DNA from: Gammaproteobacteria bacterium
Lineage (GTDB): Bacteria; Pseudomonadota; Gammaproteobacteria; JAJDYQ01
DNA: 64,000 nucleotides
NCBI GenBank assembly: GCA_022825085.1
Contig: JAJDYQ010000107.1
Span: forward strand, 5,409-69,408
Direction: 5' to 3'
Position numbers and translations under genes: made by a program. Shown piece after piece: positions 12,201 to 24,230 of this stretch. The notes beneath the pieces were generated by a model, which was not told the DNA's origin, made no database searches, and saw only the letters and a program-made list of their open reading frames with translations. Within the stretch, counting starts at the first letter, position 1, and the number at the start of each line of letters is the position of its first letter.

Positions 12201-14035
12201 GATGTTATGTCGCGCTGGTACTCAGGAACAAGATCGCTGATTATTTCAGCAATCCGGGCTTCCTCGTATGAACAACAGGCTTGCTCAAGTGCATTTAAGG
12301 CATCGCTTATATCTGCATGGACCTGTTCTCCGCTGCGCACAAGTCTGATTTTATGGTGGCTTGTCGGATCCAGGACCTCGCTGGAGTAGAACAACTCCTC
12401 ATAAAGTTTTTCTCCAGGGCGCAACCCCGTGTATATAATCTCAATTTCCTTGCCGACTTCTTTGCCGGATAACAGGATCATCTGCTCTGCCAGATAACTG
12501 ATTTTTACAGACTCGCCCATATCCAGAACAAATATCTCTCCTCCTCTTCCAATGGCTTTTGCCTGTAGAATCAACTGACAGGCCTCAGGTATCGTCATAA
12601 AATATCGCGTCATATCCGGGTGCGTCACCGTCAAGGGCCCGCCACGCTCTATCTGCTTACGGAACAGGGGGACAACACTTCCAGCAGAATTTAATACATT
12701 ACCAAACCGAACCGTTATAAATCGGGTACGGCCTTGCTCGGGAAACGCCTGACACATGATTTCAGATATTCGCTTGGTTGCCCCCATGATGCTCGTCGGG
12801 TTGACTGCCTTATCAGTAGAGATCAGAACAAAATTGCTGACATTGTTTTCTATAGCTGATTGAATTGTATTTTTTGTGCCGATGACATTATTCAAAACAG
12901 CTTCACGAATATGTGCCTCCAGCATCGGCACATGCTTATAAGCTGCCGCATGAAAAATAATATCTGGAGCAAACTGCTTTATTGCCCGGCTGACAGACTG
13001 ATAATCACTGACATTAATTAACCGCATATCCAGACTCACGCCCGGATAATCATGTCGTATTTCCTGCTCTATTTGATAAAGGCTATACTCATTATGATCG
13101 ATAATAAGCAGTCGCTGAGGCCCAAGGCGACATATCTGACGGCAGAGCTCAGAACCGATAGACCCTCCACCCCCTGTAACAAATACCGCTTTGCCCGCAA
13201 TGCCGGCACGAATAGACTGCCAGTCCAACGATACCGGATCACGTCCCAGTAAATCCTCGATCGAAACCTCTCGAAGATCATTGACAGTAACTTTTCCAGA
13301 TATGACATCGGATACTTTCGGCATGGTAATAAAGGGCAGCAGGGTATGCTCACATGCCTCCACAATATGCTTCATGTCAGCATGAGAAGCGGATGGGATG
13401 GCAATGATGATCAGGTCGATATTATTCTGTGCGACCACCTGATGGATATTGGTAACCGTATCAATCACTCGCAGGCCATGTATTTCCCTGCCATGCTTAC
13501 TTTCATCATCATCCAGGAACCCCACCGGCACATAATCTCCGTCGTGGGACCTGATCAGGTCTCTGACCAACTGCTCACCCGCATCTCCTGCTCCAATGAT
13601 CAGCACTTTCTTTTCAGGAGAGTCCGTCAGTTTGTAATCTTTGCTCCACCGATAAATCAGGCGTGGCCCCCCAAGCAATACCAGCAAAAGGATACTGTAC
13701 ATAGGTAAAATTGATCGTGGAACAATGCTCGATGATGGCATCAGTAAATAGATAATTACCGCCAGCGGTAGAGCAGCCATGACGATTGATTGACCGATTC
13801 GAAGCAGATCGGGAATTGAGGCATAACGCCAGACACCCCGGTGCAAACCAAAGTACCAAAACATAAAACCCTGGATGCCCACTACCAGAACAAGCATCTG
13901 AAGGCCCGGATAAAGGTATGTCTGCGGAATGGCCTCCAGATTAAAACGCAGCCAGTATGCGCCCAGCCATGATAGGGGCACCGCCATAATATCATGCAGG
14001 AATACCGCAAAACGCTTTCCCGGATATGGTTTCAA
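12197..14035 (-). CDS. Membrane-anchored nucleotide-sugar 4,6-dehydratase (PglF/WbpM/CapD family)
   Basis: 612 aa with an N-terminal multi-TM region, then a Rossmann VLIIGAGDAGEQL and a second SDR fold FVTGGGGSIGSEL. Confidence 0.85.
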   Translation of the reverse strand: MKPYPGKRFAVFLHDIMAVPLSWLGAYWLRFNLEAIPQTYLYPGLQMLVLVVGIQGFMFWYFGLHRGVWRYASIPDLLRIGQSIVMAALPLAVIIYLLMPSSSIVPRSILPMYSILLLVLLGGPRLIYRWSKDYKLTDSPEKKVLIIGAGDAGEQLVRDLIRSHDGDYVPVGFLDDDESKHGREIHGLRVIDTVTNIHQVVAQNNIDLIIIAIPSASHADMKHIVEACEHTLLPFITMPKVSDVISGKVTVNDLREVSIEDLLGRDPVSLDWQSIRAGIAGKAVFVTGGGGSIGSELCRQICRLGPQRLLIIDHNEYSLYQIEQEIRHDYPGVSLDMRLINVSDYQSVSRAIKQFAPDIIFHAAAYKHVPMLEAHIREAVLNNVIGTKNTIQSAIENNVSNFVLISTDKAVNPTSIMGATKRISEIMCQAFPEQGRTRFITVRFGNVLNSAGSVVPLFRKQIERGGPLTVTHPDMTRYFMTIPEACQLILQAKAIGRGGEIFVLDMGESVKISYLAEQMILLSGKEVGKEIEIIYTGLRPGEKLYEELFYSSEVLDPTSHHKIRLVRSGEQVHADISDALNALEQACCSYEEARIAEIISDLVPEYQRDITS

Positions 14036-15111
14036 AGTGCCTTCTCTGTATTGAGATACTTTATAAATCTGGTTTCTATCAAAAAAACAATCATCGCATA
14101 GGCTATGAATAAAAATGAAAAAACAGCTATCTGGATAGAAACTGCCGCATCAGCCATGAATATCGCGCACAAAGAGACGATAAGCATAATGATGTACTCG
14201 GCGAATACGGTCTTTCTATGCCCCCATCCAGAGCGAACCATTGCCTGATAATAGTGGCTTTTATGTGCCCGCCAGAATTTTTTTCTCCGATAGATACGCT
14301 TAATCAATGTCAGGGAGGCGTCAATAATGAAGGGAGAAAAAATAACAGCAGACAACCAGATCGGTATAACATCCTCATTATGCGCATACAGCGATAATAC
14401 GGCGACCGAAAAACCAAGCAGGCAGGAACCGGTGTCACCCATAAATATCTTCGCTGGCGGCAAATTGTAGTATAGAAATCCTGCGCTTGACGCGGCCAGG
14501 CTGAGGCTCATAAAAAACAGTAAGCTGTTGCTCTCCATATGAGCCAGAACAGCATAAGTACCAAAACCAATAACAGCCATACCGCCGGCAAATCCATCCA
14601 TACCATCCATGAAGTTGTATAAATTGATTATCCAGACAATGTATATGACGGTCACCATAATGGACAACCAGTCTGCAAGTGCCCATTCAATTCCAGGTAA
14701 TGATATGGCAGAAAGGAGTGTGCCTTTCCATGCGACACAGGCAGCGACTGTCACATGGGCAACCAACCGAATGAAAACGGACAAATCATAAAGATCGTCC
14801 GCAAGTGCAACAATCATCAACACAGTAGCCAGCAGGCCATACAGCATCAGAAATGGCATCTGACCATGCATGAAGTAGTTATAAACAACACCCGATAGCA
14901 TGGATACATAAATGGCCAGTCCTCCGGTTCGAGGTGTCGGCATCGTATGCAGGGATCGATCATTTGGTTCATCCAGAATGCGCAGTCTTGATTGGCGGCG
15001 CGACAAATAGCGCGTTATAATCAAAGACCCCATAAACATCATGAATAAGATCGCAGCCATGGATGGTGGATCAGACAACACCCTCAATACCCCCCTGAAA
15101 ACCGGCGACAT
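14032..15111 (-). CDS. Glycosyltransferase family 4 polyprenol-phosphate sugar-1-phosphate transferase (WecA/WbpL-like)
   Basis: 359 aa polytopic membrane protein in the MraY/WecA family. Overlaps the upstream dehydratase gene. Confidence 0.8.
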   Translation of the reverse strand: MSPVFRGVLRVLSDPPSMAAILFMMFMGSLIITRYLSRRQSRLRILDEPNDRSLHTMPTPRTGGLAIYVSMLSGVVYNYFMHGQMPFLMLYGLLATVLMIVALADDLYDLSVFIRLVAHVTVAACVAWKGTLLSAISLPGIEWALADWLSIMVTVIYIVWIINLYNFMDGMDGFAGGMAVIGFGTYAVLAHMESNSLLFFMSLSLAASSAGFLYYNLPPAKIFMGDTGSCLLGFSVAVLSLYAHNEDVIPIWLSAVIFSPFIIDASLTLIKRIYRRKKFWRAHKSHYYQAMVRSGWGHRKTVFAEYIIMLIVSLCAIFMADAAVSIQIAVFSFLFIAYAMIVFLIETRFIKYLNTEKAL

Positions 15112-15443
15112 GTCATTACGATAGCCAGCTATTTAATATACCTGAAAAACAAAGGTGCCACCGGCCAAAATCAGATTGATTTTCGGTCCGATCTTATGGA
15201 GTACGGTAGTATAATCGCAAAGGCCAGCTGTGTGTGATGGTCACCGCAAAGACTTTATGTTAATCTGGCTTGAGGTTTGGACAAATCAGCCGTAGGATCG
15301 GCACCATTGTCGCATTTCGAGCCTTGGACCGGCATCGGTCGAGATCGTGTATAAATCGTGTGGCCTGATAGTATCAGGCGGGCACCCATAACCGATCTTC
15401 TGCCCGCTTCCGGTCTGGTGTATTTTTTTCGGAGGATTATAAT

Positions 15444-15959
15444 ATCGCAGCAAAAGAGAACCGCCTGAATGGGGACATTGCCGCCCCAGAGGTCAGACTG
15501 ATTCAGGCTGACGGAAATCAGATGGGTATCGTCGATATTCAGCAGGCCCTGAAAATCGCTGAAGAGGCCGGTCTGGATCTGGTGGAAATTGTGCCGAACG
15601 CGAAGCCGCCTGTCTGCCGAGTGATGGACTTCGGCAAGTTCAAATATGAGCGAAGCAAGAAAGCTCAACAGGCCCGAAAAAAGCAGAAGCAAACAACGGT
15701 AAAGGAAATAAAGTTCCGGCCCGGCACAGAGGAAGCAGATTATCAGGTAAAATTAAAAAACCTGATCCGTTTTCTTTCCGATGGCGATAAAACCAAAGTG
15801 ACACTGCGTTTCCGCGGGCGGGAGATGGCTCATCAGGAACTGGGGGCGAAATTACTGGGCCGGATTGAAGAAGACCTGCAGAAATACGGCAAAGTAGAGC
15901 AGTACCCCAAGATGGAAGGCCGTCAAATGATTATGGTGATTGGTCCACACAAGAAGTAA
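15444..15959 (+). CDS. infC: Translation initiation factor IF-3, probable non-AUG (AUC) start
   Basis: The conserved IF-3 N-terminus [14 protein letters not shown] lies in-frame upstream of the first ATG (15522). In-frame stop at 15369. The only plausible start is ATC at 15444, 8 nt after GGAGG. Confidence 0.8.
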   Translation: MAAKENRLNGDIAAPEVRLIQADGNQMGIVDIQQALKIAEEAGLDLVEIVPNAKPPVCRVMDFGKFKYERSKKAQQARKKQKQTTVKEIKFRPGTEEADYQVKLKNLIRFLSDGDKTKVTLRFRGREMAHQELGAKLLGRIEEDLQKYGKVEQYPKMEGRQMIMVIGPHKK

Positions 15960-16043
15960 TCCCGGTTCGCCGGTAATCCAGGGAACACTCTGAGATCATC
16001 AGGGTTCCCCTTGAGAATTTTTGTTTTTATTCAGGAATGTCTT

Positions 16044-16241
16044 ATGCCCAAGATCAAGACTAACAGCGGAGCCGCAAAGCGGTTCAAGAGAACTACATCC
16101 GGCAGATTCAAGCGCAATCAGTCGCATCGTCGTCATATTCTGACGAAAAAGCCAAACAAGCGTATGCGCCACCTGCGTGAGACTGCTTATATTCATAAGG
16201 CGGATGAAGCTCTGGTAAAACAGATGCTTCCCTACGCCTGA
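16044..16241 (+). CDS. rpmI: 50S ribosomal protein L35
   Basis: [24 protein letters not shown]. Confidence 0.95.
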   Translation: MPKIKTNSGAAKRFKRTTSGRFKRNQSHRRHILTKKPNKRMRHLRETAYIHKADEALVKQMLPYA

Positions 16242-16263
16242 TGCTGCCATCAGGAGAAACATC

Positions 16264-16623
16264 GTGGCGAGAGTAAAACGTGGTGTGGTTGCACACACAA
16301 AGCATAAGAAAGTATTGAAGAAAGCAAAGGGCTATTATGGTGCCCGTAGCCGTGTATATCGTGTTGCCAAACAAGCCGTCATCAAGGCAGAACAGTATGC
16401 CTATCGCGACCGCCGCCAGAAAAAACGTCAGTTTCGTTCCTTGTGGATTGTGCGCATCAATGCCGCAGCGCGTGAGTGTGGTTTATCATATAGCCGCTTA
16501 ATGGATGGCCTGCACAAAACAGGCATTGAAGTAGATCGCAAAGTTCTGGCGGAGCTGGCGGCTGAAGACAAAATCGCTTTTGCCGCATTGGCCGAGAAAG
16601 CAAAGACGGGACTCACAGCCTGA
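16264..16623 (+). CDS. rplT: 50S ribosomal protein L20
   Basis: [39 protein letters not shown]. Confidence 0.95.
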   Translation: MARVKRGVVAHTKHKKVLKKAKGYYGARSRVYRVAKQAVIKAEQYAYRDRRQKKRQFRSLWIVRINAAARECGLSYSRLMDGLHKTGIEVDRKVLAELAAEDKIAFAALAEKAKTGLTA

Positions 16624-16671
16624 TTTTCTGAACATTCTGTTCGAGAATATCCGGGCATAGATTTATTTCCA

Positions 16672-16710
16672 GGGGGAAGGGCTTATCGTATGCTCTCCCC
16701 CTTTTTTATT
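16672..16710 (+). terminator. G+C-rich hairpin plus T-run after rplT (terminator / possible pheST attenuator)
   Basis: GGGGGAAGGGC-TTATCGTAT-GCTCTCCCCC followed by TTTTTTATTTT. Confidence 0.6.
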
Positions 16711-16733
16711 TTCAGCCTTAAACATATTTCTGA

Positions 16734-17774
<1,041 letters not shown>

Positions 17775-17786
17775 CCTGGGCATACG

Positions 17787-20165
17787 ATGAAAGTCAGTGA
17801 ACAATGGTTGCGCGAATGGATTGACCCAGAGGTTGATACAGACATACTGGTAAGCCAGCTTACGACTGCTGGCCTTGAGGTTAGTGGCGTACAACCTGCC
17901 GCTGGAAATTTCAGCGGTGTGGTAGTTGGCAAAATCATGGATGTTCAGCCTCACCCGAATGCCGAAAGGCTGACAGTCTGCCGAATCAATGACGGTCAGA
18001 GTGAATCGCTTCAAGTCGTTTGTGGTGCAGCCAATGTAAGAGTCGGGATGAAGGCACCATTGGCTCGGATAAACGCCAAACTACCGGGCGACATAACGAT
18101 CAGAAAAACCAAAATCCGAGGGATAGAGTCTTTCGGCATGTTGTGCTCCGGACCGGAACTGGGCATGGCGGACAGCATTGGCGGAGTGGTAGATTTACCG
18201 TCCGAGGCACCGACAGGCGTTGCAGTTGCCGACTATCTGGGTCTGGATGATCGGATTATCAAGCTGGACTTGACACCAAATCGTGGTGACTGCCTGGGAA
18301 TGCTTGGCGTTGCACGCGAGGTCGCTGCAATCAATGGCATGGATTTTCAAGAGTGGCATAGTCCGAGTGTCAAAGCTCTGATCGAAGATACATTGTCGAT
18401 TGAGCTAAGCATGCCTGAGCATTGCCCTGTATATGCAGGGCGAATTGTAAAAGATATCAACCCCTGTGCAGAAACCCCCGTGTGGATGCGGGAGAGGCTG
18501 AGACGCGCCGGCCTGCGCACGATCAGTCCGGTGGTTGACATTACCAACTATGTTCTATTGGAGTCAGGGCAACCCATGCATGCCTTTGATCTGCACAAGC
18601 TGACAGGGAGCATCCAGATCAGGATGGCACAGCCATTTGAAACACTGACACTGCTGGATGGCAGGGAGGTCAAGCTGGATGATGACGTACTGGTCATCGC
18701 GGATGAAGCGCGGGCACTGGCCATGGCCGGCATTATGGGAGGTCAATATTCCGCTGTCAGCGATCAAACACAGGATGTCTTTCTTGAAGCTGCCTGTTTC
18801 AATCCGCTGACGATCACCGGCAAGGCACGCCGCCATGACATGTACACCGATTCATCACATCGCTTTGAGCGTGGCGTTGACTCCACTCTTCAGATGAAAG
18901 CCATGGAGCGGGCAACCGGGCTGTTATTGGAGATATGCGGCGGTCTGGCGGGGCCAGTAAAGAAGGTCAGCAGCCAGCCTGATTGGCTCATAAGGAACGA
19001 GATACCACTAACAAGCGAAAAAATCCAGAAACTGCTTGGGGTTGAACTATCGACAAAGCAGATTGAGCTTTATTTGAGCAGACTGCAGATAAGTTACACC
19101 GGTGAAAATGGTAAATGGTCCGCGATTGCCCCATCACATCGGTTTGATCTGAACATAGAAGTTGATCTTATTGAGGAAATCGCACGCCTTTATGGCTATG
19201 ACAATATACCTCAGACATTGCCTGAAGTGCCGCAAACCATGGTGGCGCAACCTGAGTGCCAGCTCACACTGGACAGTCTGAAAAATGTTATGGTGGAAAG
19301 AGGGTGGCAAGAGGCGATAACTTATTCTTTTATTGAACCCCAATTACAGGAAATACTTTCACCGGACAGGCCGGCTGTTGACTTGAGTAATCCGCTGTCC
19401 AGCGAGCTATCGCAAATGCGCACCAGCCACTGGACCGGACTACTGACCGCGTTGCGTCATAATCAGAACCGACAGCAAAGACAAATTCGATTATTTGAAA
19501 CCGGCTTGAACTTTATAGAGACGCCTGACGGGATTGATCAACAATCATGGTTTTCGGGTATTGCCAGCGGGCCTTATGCCGGAGAACACTGGTCTGCGGG
19601 TTCCCGCTTGATTGATTTTTATGATGTGAAAGGTGACATTGAGGCACTGTTTTCACGCGCACGAACATACCATCGCCTTGCCTTTAAAGCCGATAAACAT
19701 GCGGCGCTGCATCCAGGGCAAGCTGCGAAGATATATCATGATGAGAATCCGGTGGGCTGGCTCGGTGCCCTTCACCCGGAAGCGGCAAAGAATCTGTCGA
19801 TCGAAGGCCCCGTTATTTTATTTGAAATAAAGGGAAGCGCACTGCTTGATGCGGCCCCCCGCCAGTTTACTCCAATATCCAGATTTCCAAGTATTCGACG
19901 TGATCTGGCAATTATTGTGGACGAAGCCGTCACATCTGATGAAGTTCTGGCAGTCATCCAGCAAATAGAAGACAAGGCCATACAGAAATCGTGGATTTTT
20001 GATATTTATCGAGGACGGGAAATAGGGCCGGGGAGAAAAAGTGTAGCTCTGGGCTTGATTTTCTCGGATTCTTCCAGCACTCTTACGGATCAAGATGTAG
20101 AGACAGCTATTAGTAAGATTATTAGTAGCTTAGCCGAAAAAATTAATGCAATATTGAGAAACTGA
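17787..20165 (+). CDS. pheT: Phenylalanine--tRNA ligase beta subunit
   Basis: 792 aa; tRNA-binding N-domain plus B3/B4 and B5 domains. Immediately follows pheS. Confidence 0.95.
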   Translation: MKVSEQWLREWIDPEVDTDILVSQLTTAGLEVSGVQPAAGNFSGVVVGKIMDVQPHPNAERLTVCRINDGQSESLQVVCGAANVRVGMKAPLARINAKLPGDITIRKTKIRGIESFGMLCSGPELGMADSIGGVVDLPSEAPTGVAVADYLGLDDRIIKLDLTPNRGDCLGMLGVAREVAAINGMDFQEWHSPSVKALIEDTLSIELSMPEHCPVYAGRIVKDINPCAETPVWMRERLRRAGLRTISPVVDITNYVLLESGQPMHAFDLHKLTGSIQIRMAQPFETLTLLDGREVKLDDDVLVIADEARALAMAGIMGGQYSAVSDQTQDVFLEAACFNPLTITGKARRHDMYTDSSHRFERGVDSTLQMKAMERATGLLLEICGGLAGPVKKVSSQPDWLIRNEIPLTSEKIQKLLGVELSTKQIELYLSRLQISYTGENGKWSAIAPSHRFDLNIEVDLIEEIARLYGYDNIPQTLPEVPQTMVAQPECQLTLDSLKNVMVERGWQEAITYSFIEPQLQEILSPDRPAVDLSNPLSSELSQMRTSHWTGLLTALRHNQNRQQRQIRLFETGLNFIETPDGIDQQSWFSGIASGPYAGEHWSAGSRLIDFYDVKGDIEALFSRARTYHRLAFKADKHAALHPGQAAKIYHDENPVGWLGALHPEAAKNLSIEGPVILFEIKGSALLDAAPRQFTPISRFPSIRRDLAIIVDEAVTSDEVLAVIQQIEDKAIQKSWIFDIYRGREIGPGRKSVALGLIFSDSSSTLTDQDVETAISKIISSLAEKINAILRN

Positions 20166-20178
20166 ACCGCACGGTAAT

Positions 20179-20484
20179 ATGGCACTAACCAAGGCACACA
20201 TTGCAGATAAACTGTTCGAGGAGCTGGGCCTCAATAAGCGCGAGGCCAAGGAGCTTGTGGATTGCTTTTTTGAGGAGATTCGCAGTTCGCTGGCCAGTGG
20301 CAGTCAGGTGAAGCTGTCCGGTTTCGGTAATTTCGATTTAAGGGATAAAAACCAGCGTCCGGGGCGTAATCCCAAAACAGGGGAGGAAATTCCAATTACC
20401 GCTCGCCGTGTAGTGACCTTCCGTCCAGGACAAAAACTAAAAACAAGAGTAGAGGCATATGCTGGATCCAGGCGATACAAGTGA
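20179..20484 (+). CDS. ihfA: Integration host factor subunit alpha
   Basis: [57 protein letters not shown]. Confidence 0.95.
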   Translation: MALTKAHIADKLFEELGLNKREAKELVDCFFEEIRSSLASGSQVKLSGFGNFDLRDKNQRPGRNPKTGEEIPITARRVVTFRPGQKLKTRVEAYAGSRRYK

Positions 20485-20815
20485 TTTACCACCCATTCCG
20501 GGAAAGCGTTACTTTACCATTGGTGAAGTGAGTGATCTGTGTGCAGTAAAACCCCATGTTTTACGTTACTGGGAGCAGGAGTTTCCACAGTTAAAGCCTG
20601 TGAAACGCCGCGGTAATCGCCGATATTATCAACGCCGTGATGTGCTTGTGATTCGACAAATTCGGAATTTATTGTACGAGCAGGGGTTCACGATCGGCGG
20701 CGCAAGACAGAAGCTTTCCGGCGAAGACGCCAAAGATGATGTTAATCAGAGCCAGCAGATTATTCGCCAGCTTCGCATGGAACTGGAAGAGGTACTGCAG
20801 ATCCTCAAGCGCTGA
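20459..20815 (+). CDS. MerR-family transcriptional regulator (conserved ihfA neighbour)
   Basis: 118 aa; [28 protein letters not shown]. Overlaps the ihfA 3-prime end. Confidence 0.8.
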   Translation: MLDPGDTSDLPPIPGKRYFTIGEVSDLCAVKPHVLRYWEQEFPQLKPVKRRGNRRYYQRRDVLVIRQIRNLLYEQGFTIGGARQKLSGEDAKDDVNQSQQIIRQLRMELEEVLQILKR

Positions 20816-20925
20816 TTTTTAGCCTGTCTTCCGGCCCGATTTCCGGCAAGTCCTTATTAGCTTCAGCACCTCTTCTGGCTTTAACTTCACAGCGAGGTTA
20901 TTTCCCTTTACAATAGCTACTTGTC

Positions 20926-21003
<78 letters not shown>

Positions 21004-21099
21004 TTGAATACAATCTATTAGTAAGCGGTGTATTGATCCGGCAGTCCTAGCATCTGGGACTATAATGTGGTACCTATTCTTGCAAGGCAACTGTTCTCT

Positions 21100-21936
21100 A
21101 TGCGCAATCATTCAGAAAACCCAACCATTTCGATAGTCACGATATGTTTGAACTCTGCCAGATTCATTCGGCACTGTATCAACAGTGTGAAGAATCAAAC
21201 ATATCCGCATATAGAGTACATTGTTGTGGACGGAGGCTCGACCGATGGGACACTGGACATTGTCCAGGAGTACAATGGCCTCGTCAATAAATTTATCAGT
21301 GAACCGGATAAAGGAATTACAGACGCCTTCAACAAAGGTTATTTACTCTCTTCCGGCATGTATATCATGTATCTGAATTCAGATGATATGCTGCGAGATA
21401 AAAACTCGATTGAAACGCTGATGCAACAGGCGATTGCCGACCGGTTCCCCTCCATCGTCTATGGTAATTGCACAATAATAGACCGGGACTCCGAAGAACT
21501 GATATTCACAATTAGAACGGATTTCACCAAAAGATGGATTCCCTGGTTTCATCTCTATCACACCATACCACATCCCAGCTCCATGACTCATAGACGCTAT
21601 TTTGAGCGCTATGGAATGTTCGATTACAGTTTCGACTATGCCACGGACTACGATTTTTTTTGTCGTGGTACACTAAAAGAAACGATCAGCTATATCCCCG
21701 AGACAATTACCGATATGAGATATGGAGGAATAAGCACCAAGGATGGTTTAAAAAGTGTAAGATTAAATACCAGATCACTGTTGAAAGAGAAACAGATAAG
21801 TCCGATCATAGGACCTTTGATGTTGAGGGTGCTTCGTATCCTTATGAAGGTTCGGAGTATTATCAAGAAAACTCTAAAGTTAAACTATCGTCGCTTTTTA
21901 TCGGACAATGACAACCTTGAACTTTATAAGCACTAA
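21100..21936 (+). CDS. Family 2 glycosyltransferase
   Basis: PTISIVTICLNSARFIRHCINSVKNQTYPHIEYIVVDGGSTDGT GT2 signature. AT-rich relative to flanks. An alternative start lies at 21067. Confidence 0.8.
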   Translation: MRNHSENPTISIVTICLNSARFIRHCINSVKNQTYPHIEYIVVDGGSTDGTLDIVQEYNGLVNKFISEPDKGITDAFNKGYLLSSGMYIMYLNSDDMLRDKNSIETLMQQAIADRFPSIVYGNCTIIDRDSEELIFTIRTDFTKRWIPWFHLYHTIPHPSSMTHRRYFERYGMFDYSFDYATDYDFFCRGTLKETISYIPETITDMRYGGISTKDGLKSVRLNTRSLLKEKQISPIIGPLMLRVLRILMKVRSIIKKTLKLNYRRFLSDNDNLELYKH

Positions 21937-21974
21937 AAAGGCCAGCTTGTTGATACCAATGTAACTGACTATAG

Positions 21975-22931
21975 ATGAGAAAGGTAATTGTAACGGGTGC
22001 AACGGGTTTCATTGGAAACCATCTCTGTGGTCACCTGAAAAAAAAAGGATGTTACGTGATAGCCATCGGCTTACGGGATAAGGCCGACGGTTGCTGGGAT
22101 CAATATCATTCTATCGATCTATCGAATCTGACTGTTCCCTCCGATCTGTTCACCGACATAGATACACTTTTTCATCTGGCTGGCAAGGCACATGCGCCAT
22201 CTGAAATATCCGCAACTGCTGACAAGGAATATGACAGAATCAACTACCGCGTAACGCTGTCGCTACTGGAACAGTGTAAAATAAAAAATGTCAGATCTTT
22301 CGTGCTTTTCAGCACGGTAGGGGTATTTGGAGAGATCGCAGACAAAGACTGTTTTGATGACTCATCACCAGCGAATCCGGTAACACCGTATGCGGTATCA
22401 AAATTTCATTCGGAAGAGGCGCTGATCACAGGAGAATACGTTGCTCATCCGGTATGCCTGCGTCTGAGCATGGTTTATGGCCCTGGCAGCAAGGGAAATC
22501 TTGACAGAATGATAGCAGCTATTAAAGCGGGGTGGTTCCCTCCATTACAAAATATAAAGAACAGGCGTTCCATGGTCCATGTTGATGACGTAATAAGAGT
22601 TGCTTATCTAAGCTCATTATCGGATATCGCAAAAGGCAAGCGATACATTGTATCTGATGACATGTATTACTCGACGGGCCAGATATACTCAAGAGTTTGC
22701 AAAGCCTTGAAAAGAAAAACATTACCTTTCTCGATTCCGATTTTTATATTGCGCATACTGGCATTTTGGGGTGACATATATGGCTTCCTTTTCAGGCGGC
22801 GCTTCCCGCTAAACTCGGACTCCCTGAGAAAGCTGACCACCTCTCAGTGTCATGACAACACAACAACCATGCGAGAACTTGGATATAATATAAAAAACAA
22901 CGTCCTGGATTTTATTGATCGCACTGTTTGA
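21975..22931 (+). CDS. NAD-dependent epimerase/dehydratase (SDR family)
   Basis: 318 aa; VIVTGATGFIGNHL Rossmann motif; AT-rich. Confidence 0.8.
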   Translation: MRKVIVTGATGFIGNHLCGHLKKKGCYVIAIGLRDKADGCWDQYHSIDLSNLTVPSDLFTDIDTLFHLAGKAHAPSEISATADKEYDRINYRVTLSLLEQCKIKNVRSFVLFSTVGVFGEIADKDCFDDSSPANPVTPYAVSKFHSEEALITGEYVAHPVCLRLSMVYGPGSKGNLDRMIAAIKAGWFPPLQNIKNRRSMVHVDDVIRVAYLSSLSDIAKGKRYIVSDDMYYSTGQIYSRVCKALKRKTLPFSIPIFILRILAFWGDIYGFLFRRRFPLNSDSLRKLTTSQCHDNTTTMRELGYNIKNNVLDFIDRTV

Positions 22932-23060
22932 TCAGTTGCTTGTCATTAAATATTAGCTATAATTTTTAACTCCATGTCAGGAACAAAGTCATCGTGCCTT
23001 CCATGCAGGGCCAGATAGCTATCTGCGCCATACTACGGAAACACCATATACTAACAATCC

Positions 23061-23591
23061 CTAATTCAGGGCCCTGGAATCAGAGACAGCTTCACTGGCT
23101 GTGGCTGTCATCAAACTTTTATCAAGATCCAGTCCCCAGTCTGCTTTGCCCGTGGCATCCTGCAACAGCTTGCATATCGAGTGCAGCAAAGTCTGATCCA
23201 TGGCCAGATCAATCCCCTGCCCCTGTTCAGGCTGTATGCAAAGTATCCGCGTGCCATCCGGCTTGTTTTTTACGGAAACTCTGGAAAGCAGAATCGGCTC
23301 AGGGCCAAGCGGCTGTGACCGGGACTGTTCCTCAAATTTTTGAGAATAATCCATTTTTTGAGCAACCTGTTGATGCTGAAATGATAAAACCTCTTTTTTG
23401 GCCTGCACGGTTTTATGCACGGTCACCTGTCGATCACTGGCCAACATTTTTATCAACACCGGCCACAGCAGCTTCAGGTAGCGGCGCGTCAACCAGAACT
23501 GAAAGCTGCTGGAGTCAGTGGTATTCAGCCGCAACAGGATGCGATCCTCCAGCGGCTGAAAAATCATCTGTATCTGGCTAATCTGGCTCAT
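23061..23591 (-). CDS. Hypothetical protein
   Basis: 183 aa ORF (176 aa from the MSQISQ start) with balanced composition. The opposite-strand ORF 22994..23581 has a skewed, non-protein-like composition. No family recognised. Confidence 0.45.
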   Translation of the reverse strand: MSQISQIQMIFQPLEDRILLRLNTTDSSSFQFWLTRRYLKLLWPVLIKMLASDRQVTVHKTVQAKKEVLSFQHQQVAQKMDYSQKFEEQSRSQPLGPEPILLSRVSVKNKPDGTRILCIQPEQGQGIDLAMDQTLLHSICKLLQDATGKADWGLDLDKSLMTATASEAVSDSRALN

Positions 23592-23916
23592 GGTGGCGAC
23601 ATATTTTATCAAACTTCGACAAACAAACTAAGGAGGCACTGACAAAGCCATTCAAAGAGTAAATGAGAGCTTGCCGATACCATATCAAAAAGACGATTAT
23701 ATCAGGCATTCGGAGTGCAGACCCATTCGCGCAGAGCAGCCTAACGGATTTCCCGATAACACCGCATGAGGTCCGCAAGAACAATCAGCCAAAAGAATAT
23801 AACGAGCAGCAAGTCGGCAGGCAATCCGGTTTGGCCTCTGGTCAGGAAGCATGGTAACCTGTCTGCATATCCGACCTGTCTAGGCCGGCTACATTTTTTC
23901 CATGGGGTTTGTATTG

Positions 23917-24135
23917 ATGAGCAGTCAGAAAACGATTGTTGCGGCACGCGATGAAAACCTGCCCAATTCGCCTGTCAGCAATGAAGAAGACGATACGGTT
24001 ACGGTGGATGAGGGGGCGAAGTGTTTATGGAATGGTCAGGAATTCGCGGACGGCGATGCAATATGCGCTGACGGTGAATATTTTGTTTGCAGCTATGGCA
24101 GTTGGATGAAATTACCTGCCGAGGCGCTACCCTGA
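23917..24135 (+). CDS. Small Cys-containing hypothetical protein (DUF1496-like C-x-WNG...C...C..G.W pattern)
   Basis: CLWNGQEFADGDAICADGEYFVCSYGSWMKL resembles the YnjH/DUF1496 motif (recalled from memory). No signal peptide. Confidence 0.4.
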   Translation: MSSQKTIVAARDENLPNSPVSNEEDDTVTVDEGAKCLWNGQEFADGDAICADGEYFVCSYGSWMKLPAEALP

Positions 24136-24230
24136 TCTTGTTCTACGGCTCAAACATCTTGCTGTAGTTGCGACATCAGGGCACAGCAGATTCAGTCTGA
24201 TTTCGACCAAAGTCAATACTTTGAAGTGCT

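Noticed and set aside
22994-23581. 195-aa plus-strand ORF
   Set aside because: Skewed Pro/Ser/Ala/Trp/Cys composition. Antisense to the more protein-like 183-aa ORF.
23880-23990. THI-box-like fragments (GGGGT ... TGAGCAG ... AACCTG) upstream of thiD
   Set aside because: No intact CTGAGA core and no proper P1-P5 pairing visible. The segment overlaps a plausible small CDS. thiD/thiE are not usually riboswitch-controlled in proteobacteria.
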